Source: an uncultured Clostridia bacterium (GTDB lineage: Bacteria > Bacillota > Clostridia > Christensenellales > Pumilibacteraceae). From it: DNA of 39,712 nucleotides. The first letter of the stretch is position 1; each line of letters opens with the position of its first letter. Below the pieces are notes generated by a model. The model was not told the DNA's origin. It was given only the letters and a program-made list of their open reading frames with translations, and did no database searches. The stretch covers positions 1-39,712 of the forward strand of contig CANDJX010000001.1 of assembly GCA_947385185.1 (NCBI GenBank), read 5' to 3'. The position numbers and the translations under genes are program-made. Positions 19,680 to 27,611 of the stretch are shown here, in pieces.

Positions 19680-20174
19680 ATGACCGACAGACAGAGAAAT
19701 TTGGTTTTGAACGCGATCAAGATGGGCGGAGTATTCATCAGTTGCGGCACGGGAAACAAAATAAATATAATGGACACTCATTGGGGAACGCTCGGAAGAA
19801 TGTGGAACCGCGACGTGTTCGTTCTTCCCGTTCGTAAAAAGAAATACTCTCACGAACTTATTACGAAAAATATGAGCTTTGTAGTCAACGTTCCCACAAC
19901 CGATATGACGAACGAACTTATCCGTTGTTCGAATATGTCCGGACACGATACGGATAAATTCAAAGAATTCGGATTTAACGCCGTTCCCGCAAAACTCGTC
20001 AAATCGGTAGGAATCGAAGAATGCGACATCCAGCTCGAATGCAAAGTGGTTTATATGGCGGAAATGCATAAAAGCAAACTTAACCCCACCATCGCGCAGG
20101 ATATGTATATAGACAGAGAATATCATACGCTTTTCTTCGGAGAAATAGTGAGGAGTTCGTTCAAAAAACATTGA
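19680..20174 (+). CDS. Flavin-reductase-like (FMN-binding split-barrel) domain protein
   Basis: FVVNVP...CSNMSGHDTDKFKEFGF...ECDIQLECKVV...HTLFFGEIV follows the flavin_reduct domain pattern. The ATG at 19680 has an AAGGAG SD. Confidence 0.55.
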   Translation: MTDRQRNLVLNAIKMGGVFISCGTGNKINIMDTHWGTLGRMWNRDVFVLPVRKKKYSHELITKNMSFVVNVPTTDMTNELIRCSNMSGHDTDKFKEFGFNAVPAKLVKSVGIEECDIQLECKVVYMAEMHKSKLNPTIAQDMYIDREYHTLFFGEIVRSSFKKH

Positions 20175-20197
20175 TTGAAATATAGTCTGATAAAAAA

Positions 20198-20229
20198 AGA
20201 GCACGGAATTTTGTTTCCGTGTTCTTTTT
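20198..20229. terminator. Bidirectional rho-independent terminator
   Basis: AGAGCACGGAA-TTTTGT-TTCCGTGTTCT hairpin (one mismatch) flanked by A7 and T5, between convergent genes. Confidence 0.7.
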
Positions 20230-20300
20230 GATTTTTGTATCGGATATATTTATTTTTTGCTGTCGCAAATAAACTGTTTTTAATTGTTTCCGGCGCTTTT

Positions 20301-20684
20301 TTACTTGAATTTATGTCCGCAATAAGGGCAGAATTTGTCGGTTTCTTCTCTCGGAGAGCCGCAAGTCGGACATTTTTTGCCGTCCGAAGCGCTTGCTTCC
20401 GTGTCATGCGTTTCTTCCGGATATTTTTCGTTTTGCGTCGGAGTATCGTACCCGAACGGATCTATGCGTTTTCTTCTCGGCGCGGGAGGTGTATCGAAAA
20501 AGTCGTGCGACGTATGTCCGTATCCGGAACCGTTATAATATCCTTGATCGGGACGCCTGACGGAATTCCGGTTGTTGCGTTTATTTCTTTTTACCGTCTT
20601 TACTATAAAACCGATCAGTACGGAAATAAAAACGACGGCAAAAACAACGCCGAATATTATAAGTATCATTACATCTTCATCCAT
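20301..20684 (-). CDS. Small membrane protein with a C-terminal zinc ribbon
   Basis: N-terminal TM ILIIFGVVFAVVFISVLIGFIV and C-terminal CPTCG...CPYCG. GAGAGG SD. Confidence 0.6.
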   Translation of the reverse strand: MDEDVMILIIFGVVFAVVFISVLIGFIVKTVKRNKRNNRNSVRRPDQGYYNGSGYGHTSHDFFDTPPAPRRKRIDPFGYDTPTQNEKYPEETHDTEASASDGKKCPTCGSPREETDKFCPYCGHKFK

Positions 20685-20727
20685 AACACAGCCTCTCGAT
20701 TATTATACTTTGAGAAAAGAGTTTTTG

Positions 20728-22419
20728 TCAATCGTTTGACAGTCTTAAGAGAAGCGCGTCGATTTCTTCGCACGCGGTTTTGAGCGCGCCTTCCCCGAGC
20801 GGATCTTTCAGTCCGACGCTTTGCACAAGCTGCCCGAAAGGAAGCTCTCCGCCTTTCCCGAGCAACGTCATATAAAGCTCAAACGCCGATTTGTAATCTT
20901 TTTGCGACCGTACGAGAATCTGATGAGCTACAGACTGCGAAAGGCAATAATCTATATAGTACATAGGATTTTCATAGATATGCATCTGGTATTGCCAGCG
21001 CGTACCGTTTTCTATATACGGGATTCCTTTTGTGGAAAGGTATGGACGATAATAAATGTCCAGTTTTTGCCACTCTTTATTCCGTTCAGACGGCGTCATG
21101 TCCGGATTTTCATAGCAGATTTCCTGAAATTCGTCCACCATTGCGCCGTACGGAATAAACGTAAGAGAACTCATAAGGTGCATATATTTATAATCCTGCG
21201 CGCGCTTTCCGAAAAATTTATCCATATATTTCCATGCCAGAAATTCCATTGCCATCGAATGAATTTCCGCTACCGACATGGTCCCGAGATTCAGTTCGTA
21301 ATCGACGTTGTTTTCGAACATTTTATAGTATGCGAGAGCGTGCCCGGCTTCATGCGTCAGCACGTCCACGTCGCCGCTCGAGCCGTTAAAGTTGGCGAGT
21401 ATAAAAGGCTGTTTATAGTCGTCTATCGACGTGCAATATCCCCCGCCCCACTTGCCTTTTCTCGCATACACGTCGAAGGCGTCCGCGGCAAGCATGGAAT
21501 CAATGAACGCGCCCGTTTCTTCGCCCATGTCGCGGTACATTTCGCGCGCAGCGGCGAACATTTGCTTCGGACTCAATATCGGTTCGGGATTTCCTTCCTT
21601 AAAACAGATCTCGTTGTCGTACAACATGATTTCGTCCAACCCGAGCTTTGCCGCGATCGATTTTTTGTGTTTCGCAACGAGCGGCGTAACGTCCGACGCG
21701 ACGGCGTCACGGAATTTGCCTATTTCTTTTCGTCCGTAAGAGTATCTGCCCATCTGGCAATCGCCCATTTCCGCGAACGACTTAAATCCCATTTTACGCG
21801 CCATTTTCGCACGCACGCGTACCAATTTATCGAAAATTCCGTCAAGACTGCCGGAGATTCCCGAAAGGGTTTTTCCGAGCGCTTCCATGGACGCGCGGCG
21901 GATCTTTCGGTCGCGATCGTCGAAGTATTTGCGAAGCACCGAAAGCGGCATTTCCCGTCCCTTGAACTCGAACGTTGTTTCGCTCATGAGCCGATCGTAT
22001 TCGGTCACCAGGCGGCTTTCTTCCACAAGCTCGGGAATGATTTTCTCGTCCATTATCCCGAGCTCAAGTTCATAAACTTTCGCAACGTTCGGATTCATCA
22101 GTCCGAGAGCCTCGGACAGGTGCGGGTTACTTAAAAACGCGCGGTTGAATTCCACCGCCGCAGACGAAAATCGCGGCGAATTTTCGTCGTAGTACGTCTT
22201 TTCGCCCAAATAAAATTCGTCGGAAGTGTTGAGCGTAAAACGAATATAGCAAAGGGAAGACATGGTCTGTATTTTCTTCGCCTCTTCGATGCATTCGTTT
22301 CTGATCTCCGACATTTCGCGTCCGCTCGCGGCTTTTCTCATTCTTTCGGTCAGTTTTTTTACCGTTTCGCACGCGCGGTCGACGTCGATTCGTTCGTACT
22401 TCATCTCACTGATTTTCAT
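20728..22419 (-). CDS. pepF: Oligoendopeptidase F family (M3B) metallopeptidase
   Basis: HEAGHA zinc motif (LTHEAGHALAYY). The N-terminus MKISEMKYERIDVD is typical of this family. I chose the ATG at 22419 because a consensus promoter lies immediately upstream, inside the longer track ORF. Confidence 0.85.
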   Translation of the reverse strand: MKISEMKYERIDVDRACETVKKLTERMRKAASGREMSEIRNECIEEAKKIQTMSSLCYIRFTLNTSDEFYLGEKTYYDENSPRFSSAAVEFNRAFLSNPHLSEALGLMNPNVAKVYELELGIMDEKIIPELVEESRLVTEYDRLMSETTFEFKGREMPLSVLRKYFDDRDRKIRRASMEALGKTLSGISGSLDGIFDKLVRVRAKMARKMGFKSFAEMGDCQMGRYSYGRKEIGKFRDAVASDVTPLVAKHKKSIAAKLGLDEIMLYDNEICFKEGNPEPILSPKQMFAAAREMYRDMGEETGAFIDSMLAADAFDVYARKGKWGGGYCTSIDDYKQPFILANFNGSSGDVDVLTHEAGHALAYYKMFENNVDYELNLGTMSVAEIHSMAMEFLAWKYMDKFFGKRAQDYKYMHLMSSLTFIPYGAMVDEFQEICYENPDMTPSERNKEWQKLDIYYRPYLSTKGIPYIENGTRWQYQMHIYENPMYYIDYCLSQSVAHQILVRSQKDYKSAFELYMTLLGKGGELPFGQLVQSVGLKDPLGEGALKTACEEIDALLLRLSND

Positions 22420-22425
22420 ATTTAT

Positions 22426-22454
22426 ATTGTATATTTTTTCTCCGGCTTTGTCAA
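22426..22454 (-). promoter_or_regulatory. Consensus sigma-A promoter of pepF (leaderless configuration)
   Basis: The minus strand reads TTGACA (22454-22449), a 17-nt spacer, TACAAT (22431-22426), 6 nt (ATAAAT), then ATG (22419). Confidence 0.65.
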
Positions 22455-23438
22455 TGCTTTTTGCGCACATCGATGCAATTCGATTATGTTTTAATAACAA
22501 TTGCTCGAATGTCAATAAATGTCTATTTTTGCAAAATGATGTCACATTTTTTCATATTATCGCAAAAACATAGCAATACGATATTTGATATTAAAAACAT
22601 ATCATTATGAATTATTATTTTCAAAACAATATCATATTGATAATTATTAAAATATAACTTGTTGCAGTTATGAAATTTTGATTTTTGAATTTGCTGACGG
22701 AAATTTTGATTTTTTGAGAGGATACGGGATAAATCATGCGCAGGCGACTGAATTACTTGGCTATGCTTCGGCGCGATTCCGAAAAAATTTCAAAATATCC
22801 GAAAATTCGGGAGCAAAAGACAAAAAGTAACGATATGATTTCATAACAATTCGAAATTTTATTGTTTTTTGACGGGAAATTTTCGTTTAATTTTTGGGAT
22901 TTTGCAAAATAAGTTATTATTTAATAATTATTTTTCCTGTCTATATTGACCACGCCGCGCTTTTCTGAACGTTAACTGCCTGATTTTGCATAAAAATTCC
23001 GGATCTCTACAATTGACGGCGACGGCTTCTTATATAATTTTCGTCGATTTGTCTGTTTTAGAGCGACCTTCGGACGTTTTTGCTCTGTGGCGTTCTTGCC
23101 GGCGCGCAATTTTGCTTTTCGTTTCTGCTTTTAGATAGCGTAATTCCGAATTTCGCCCGCTTTTAGTCGTTTGCGCTGCTTTTGGATGCTTCGAAGAATC
23201 GGTTTTGAGTTCAAAGTTTCGCGTTTCTTTATGCCATATTTTGTTATCTATAATGTTTCGAGCGTTTGATCCCGCCTCTGTATAATAAGCGGTCGTTGTT
23301 TGCGCGCACGAACGGCTTTTTGTTTTGCAAATTTTAGATTTTTGTTGTCCGTATTCTTTTATTTGTTACGGACGGCGACTTGGTTTTTGCAGTGATCGGA
23401 CCGGATACCGAATGACGTGGTGCATAAGTTTTTTGCAT

Positions 23439-23458
23439 TGTGGATAACTTGTGGATAA
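23439..23458 (+). promoter_or_regulatory. Tandem DnaA-box doublet
   Basis: TGTGGATAA at 23439-23447 and 23450-23458. The 22-mer ATTGTGGATAACTTGTGGATAA is identical to 18721-18742. Confidence 0.7.
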
Positions 23459-24082
23459 CCGTTTCGAAGCGGGTAAAATCGTGAGAAAATCGGCGATTTC
23501 TAACAGAATACGCATTATTTTTTTCGCATATTTTCATTGGCTTCCGAATTTTTCAAAATAAAGTTATGAAATAGTAATCATTAGATTGTTTTATCTATGC
23601 GCTATTGGTTTTTACTGTCTTTTTGCCCGTTTTTTGACCTTAATTTTGCCGTAGATTTCGATTTTCTTAAAAAATCGGGCGATTGTCGAACGACGATTTT
23701 CGGAACCTCGATGAATTTGAAATTTTTTATTCTTGTTTGAAAAATTCATTGTGGTTTCGTATCAAAAATTTTTTTGTTAAGCTCATGAATTTTGACTTGA
23801 ATTGTTCTGACGATCATAAAGATTCCGCAAAAGATCCCGCGGCGTTTGGAAAAATTTTTTGCTCCGACATTTTGCCTGAATGCTTACGGCAATGAAAATC
23901 TTTGTATTCGTGACGTTCACTTTTTTGCCCGGATTTCAGGTGTCGAGATTTTTGCGGACGATGCGATTTGACGTTTGATTTTTGGATTGCGATTTCGTTT
24001 ATCCATTGTGCGTTTTTGGCGAGCTTTATTTTTGTTGCCGAGGTTGCTGAAATTTTAGCTTCGCGGCTTTTGGAAGTCGAAA

Positions 24083-24098
24083 TGTTTCACGTGAAACA
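24083..24098. promoter_or_regulatory. parS: parS centromere-like site (perfect palindrome)
   Basis: TGTTTCACGTGAAACA matches the Firmicute parS consensus TGTTNCACGTGAAACA. Confidence 0.85.
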
Positions 24099-24182
24099 TT
24101 CTCTGCTTTCCCCGAAAAACACTGTTTCTCCTGAAAAGAGTTATCGCACGGGAAGGATGAAAATTCGATCGAATAGGTGTTA

Positions 24183-24198
24183 TGTTTCACGTGAAACA
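24183..24198. promoter_or_regulatory. parS: parS centromere-like site (second copy)
   Basis: An identical TGTTTCACGTGAAACA exactly 100 bp from the first. Both copies are extended to ATGTTTCACGTGAAACAT. Confidence 0.85.
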
Positions 24199-24836
24199 TC
24201 AGGGTGACTCTACATCGATCAATCAAAAAAGAAAAGCGAACATACCGCATATGACACACGAAAAATTCTGTGGGTTTGTAAACGTTCGGGCATGGAAAAG
24301 GTAATCCGGGATCCATGCGAAGAATAAAATAATGTGTGGTTTTGCTAAGCGTTCGGTAGAAAATGAAAGTCCGTCAATGAATAAAAGCGCGGAAAAATTT
24401 ATTCATGCCGCGTTACCGAAGGCAATAAAATTCAGGGCGTTTCAATACTGAAACAACGCGAGGAATGCGGATGAAATTGCTTGAGCCATGCCTCGGAAAA
24501 TGAAATCGGGCAATCCCGTTTAACGGTAAAAGCGATATGAAAAAACGGTATTATTTGTCTGCCTTACACGGATCCGATAAGATCTCTTACTCCAAAATGA
24601 AGTATAAAAAGCAGGAAGAAAACGCGGCGATTTCGGCAATGCCGTATTGCCCGGGACCACGAGCCGATAAAGATCAAGGCGCTTTATCAAAATTTACAGG
24701 TGCGTCGATGACGGCAAAAAGACGTTAAGGTTTGCGGCGACGACTATCATACGCCCGCTGTTGCGATTTATGCGGCAATAATTATGACGTTTATTCGGTT
24801 ATAAAATATTGCAAAAAATGCTTCGGGTGAGCTATT

Positions 24837-25030
24837 GTGACGTTTGTCCGCACCGACTTGCGCACGGTCTTTTGCCGCTCGGATTCCGAGATAATGACAC
24901 GCGGAAAAAGTTTCGAAGAAGTGCTGCGACGGTTGACTGCACCGACTTGTACGCGGTCTTTTGCCGCTCGGATCTCGAGATATTGACACGTAACAATGTC
25001 TTAGAAAAGCCGCCACGACGGTTTGTCCGC
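24837..25030 (+). repeat. Tandem repeat, ~89-90-bp unit, two copies plus a truncated third
   Basis: 24844-24901 versus 24933-24990 differ at 8 of 58 positions (hand alignment). The unit restarts at ~25013-25030 (GACGGTTTGTCCGC) and then diverges. Each unit contains the short palindrome CTCGGA-T-TCCGAG or CTCGAG. Confidence 0.75.
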
Positions 25031-25098
25031 GCAAGCCCATGCACACGCCTTAAGTCGATCGGATTGTGTGCGAAGCATGGGCGAGTCCATATGCGGCG

Positions 25099-25133
25099 CA
25101 AAAGAAAAGGCGCGGGATTTATACCCGTGCCTT
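25099..25133 (-). terminator. Rho-independent terminator of parB
   Basis: The minus strand reads AAGGCACGGG-TATAAAT-CCCGCGCCTT (9 bp plus one mismatch) followed by TTCTTTT. Confidence 0.65.
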
Positions 25134-25212
25134 CCGAAAATCGTTGTGACTTTCAAAACCTTTTAGGCGTTTTTTTACGAAAAATCTTTTATCGAAACTT
25201 GCGGCAAGCTGC

Positions 25213-26130
25213 TTAATTCTCCGACGGTTCCGCGTCCGTTTCCGCGTCTTGCTTTTTGTATTCCTCGAGCACTTGCATGAGCTGATGTATGCGGTCGAGG
25301 TCGTCCGAAGAATAATAATCGATATAAATTCGTCCCTTGCGATCGTTGCCGAAAACCGTAACTTTGGTCGAGAACACTCTTTGAAGCCTCTCCACCATAT
25401 CTTTAAGCTCCAACGACTGTGCGGGCGGTTTCGGCTTGGCTGCAGGCGGATTATTGAACGCTTTGACGAGTTTTTCGAAATCGCGCACCGTCATTTTTCC
25501 GCCCACGGCTTTTTTGGCAAGCTCGAGCTGTGCAAGCTCGTCTTTGACGGTGACGAGGCATCTTGCGTGCCCTTCCGAAAGTTCGCCGCCGGCAACCAGA
25601 TCGATAACGGCGGAGGACAGGGAAAGAAGTCGAAGCGTGTTTGCGACGGCGGGTCTTGACTTTCCGATTCTGTCCGCAACCTGCTCTTGCGTGTACGAAT
25701 AGTCGTCCATCAATTGTTTGATTGCATTCGCGACTTCGATCGGGTTCAGATCCTCGCGCTGAAGATTTTCAATCAAAGAAATTTCCTTGACTTCTTTTTC
25801 GGAATAATTCCGCACGATAGCGGGGATGGTAACAAGTCCGGCTTTGCGTGCGGCGCGCCAACGCCGCTCCCCGGCGATAATCATATATCCGTCGCCGTGT
25901 CCGACCAGAATTATAGGTGATATGACTCCGTGCACCCGAATGCTGTTGGCAAGCTCGAGCAATGCGGCTTCGTCAAAGTGCTTGCGGGGCTGATTTTCGT
26001 TCGGGACGATTTTCGACAGTTCGATTTCCTGCGCCGAATTGCCGGAAGCGTTGCTTTCGCTTTCGAGGTCAATATCTCCGAACAATGCTCCGAGTCCGCG
26101 ACCGAGTCCGTGTTTTCCTGCCATTATCAA
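25213..26130 (-). CDS. parB: Chromosome partitioning protein ParB/Spo0J
   Basis: GLGRGLGALF N-terminus, the GERRWRAA CTP-binding/arginine patch, HTH QEQVADRIGKSRPAVANTLRLL, GGAGGA SD. Confidence 0.93.
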   Translation of the reverse strand: MIMAGKHGLGRGLGALFGDIDLESESNASGNSAQEIELSKIVPNENQPRKHFDEAALLELANSIRVHGVISPIILVGHGDGYMIIAGERRWRAARKAGLVTIPAIVRNYSEKEVKEISLIENLQREDLNPIEVANAIKQLMDDYSYTQEQVADRIGKSRPAVANTLRLLSLSSAVIDLVAGGELSEGHARCLVTVKDELAQLELAKKAVGGKMTVRDFEKLVKAFNNPPAAKPKPPAQSLELKDMVERLQRVFSTKVTVFGNDRKGRIYIDYYSSDDLDRIHQLMQVLEEYKKQDAETDAEPSEN

Positions 26131-26158
26131 ACTTCCTCCGTGAATTACTTTTTATCTT

Positions 26159-26187
26159 ATTATATATAAAACCGACGCGCTTGTCAA
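26159..26187 (-). promoter_or_regulatory. sigma-A promoter of parB
   Basis: The minus strand reads TTGACA (26187-26182), a 17-nt spacer, then TATAAT (26164-26159). Confidence 0.6.
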
Positions 26188-26540
26188 GGTCGAACGGGGA
26201 ACTATATCGAAATATTTTCGGGCGCGGCGAAAAATATCGGAAATTTCCGCCCGTACGTCGGAATTATATTCGCGCGCTTTATAACGGGGGGGGGAATAAG
26301 CGCTCGGGACATACGCCTCATGCGTACGTTAGGAGCGTAGGTCGCCGCAATCGCGTCCATAGCGCACGATCGCGTAAGAAAAATATAAAGCGTCGGATTA
26401 TAGCGTCTGCGCGCCGAAATAATCGATTTCGGGATAGCCGAAATGGCGAACAAATTTATTTGCACCGACGGCTCGCGCAATTTTATCCATATTTCATGCG
26501 TTCCGGGTTTTCGGTATTGCTACCGCGTATAATGCCGCAC

Positions 26541-26725
26541 CCGACGTTACGCCTGCGTTCTCGGGGGGGGCGATCGATTGTGCATGACTCTCGGTCGTCC
26601 TGCCGAACGTTGCATCCGACGCTACGCCCGCGTTTTCGGGGCGCGTCTGATTGTGCATGACTCTCGGTCGTCCTGCCGAACGTTGCACCGACGTTGCGCC
26701 TGCGCTCTCGGGCGCGCCCGACGTT
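26541..26725 (+). repeat. GC-rich tandem repeat, 72-75-bp unit, about 2.5 copies
   Basis: Units start with CCGACG at 26541, 26616 and 26688. A 39-nt core GATTGTGCATGACTCTCGGTCGTCCTGCCGAACGTTGCA is identical at 26576-26614 and 26649-26687. The segments between cores also resemble each other. Confidence 0.8.
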
Positions 26726-26784
26726 CCGAATAAATAAAAAGCCGCAATCGAATAATTAACACCAAAAATCGACCGAATAAAAAC

Positions 26785-26813
26785 TTTACATTTGCATTAA
26801 ATTATGGTACAAT
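26785..26813 (+). promoter_or_regulatory. Extended -10 sigma-A promoter of the SDR gene (leaderless configuration)
   Basis: TTTACA (26785-26790), a 17-nt spacer, TGgTACAAT (-10 at 26808-26813), 6 nt, then ATG at 26820. There is no SD. Confidence 0.65.
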
Positions 26814-26819
26814 TCAGAT

Positions 26820-27611
26820 ATGGAAAAAGAGAAAAAAATCGTAGTCATTTCGGGCGCGACCTCGGGGCTCGGAATGGCGATCGCAAAAAGATTCGAGGCC
26901 GACGGACATATAGTATGCAACCTTGCGCGCTCGTGCCGTGACAACGGATTCGATTATAAATGCGACGTGACCGATCCCGAGCAGGTGGCGTCCGCCGTAG
27001 GGAAGATCGGCGAAAGATACGGGCGCATAGATATTCTCGTAAACAACGCGGGGATCGGGATCTCCGGCGCGACCGAATTGATCCCCATGGACGATATACG
27101 CAGAGCAATGGAAGTGTCGTATTTCGGTTCGCTTATGCTGACGCGTGCTTGTCTCGGGTTTATGCGCAAGGGCGCGCGGATAATTTTTATGAGTTCCATT
27201 GCCGGACTGACGGCAATCCCGTTCCGTTCGGTTTATTGCTCGGCGAAAGCGGCAGAGCTCATGCTCGGCGAATCGCTCCGCATGGAATTGTCGCAGACCG
27301 GCATTTCCGTCGTGACCCTTTGTCCTGGCGAAATAAAAACCAACTTCTCCGCAAATAAGATTGCCGACGTACAGACCACGGAAAGATACGGCAGGCGTGT
27401 AACCAACGCGCTCGAAAAAGTTTCGAGCCGCGAAGGCAAGCGCATGTCTATAGACAAAGTGATCGGTAAGATTTATAAGATTTGCACGCGCGGCAGAAAA
27501 GCAATGTATATCATCGGCGGCAAATATAAATTCCTGTATTTCGCAAAACGCATAATGCCGACAACCGCATATCTGAAGCTTACGGATAAAACGCTCGGCG
27601 GCAGGGAATAG
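26820..27611 (+). CDS. Short-chain dehydrogenase/reductase (SDR)
   Basis: ISGATSGLGMAIA (TGxxxGxG), NNAG, and YCSAKAA (YxxxK). Confidence 0.9.
   Translation: MEKEKKIVVISGATSGLGMAIAKRFEADGHIVCNLARSCRDNGFDYKCDVTDPEQVASAVGKIGERYGRIDILVNNAGIGISGATELIPMDDIRRAMEVSYFGSLMLTRACLGFMRKGARIIFMSSIAGLTAIPFRSVYCSAKAAELMLGESLRMELSQTGISVVTLCPGEIKTNFSANKIADVQTTERYGRRVTNALEKVSSREGKRMSIDKVIGKIYKICTRGRKAMYIIGGKYKFLYFAKRIMPTTAYLKLTDKTLGGRE

Noticed and set aside
22844-22857. 14-mer TATGATTTCATAAC shared with 27627-27640, containing the inverted repeat TTATGA-TT-TCATAA, as a possible operator
   Set aside because: A shared 14-mer in AT-rich DNA is within chance expectation for a 40-kb window on both strands. The copy at 22844 is imperfect as a palindrome.
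24809-25216. 135-aa plus-strand ORF, the longest in the gene-free region
   Set aside because: It runs through the 89-bp tandem repeat, so its sequence is internally repetitive. It also crosses the parB terminator, lacks an SD, and overlaps two equally long minus-strand ORFs. All three are repeat artefacts.
26541-26725. Possible CRISPR array (39-nt identical repeats with ~34-nt intervening segments)
   Set aside because: Only two full core copies are present, and the segments between them resemble each other (CCGACG.TACGCC.GCGTT.TCGGGG). That makes this a tandem repeat of a 72-75-bp unit rather than repeat plus unique spacers. No cas genes are in the window.
26131-26819. Decayed parA/soj gene upstream of parB
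   Set aside because: The minus-strand ORFs here (64 and 92 aa) show no Walker-A (KGGxGK) or other ParA motif when read by eye. A computational tblastn is still needed to exclude a heavily degraded remnant.
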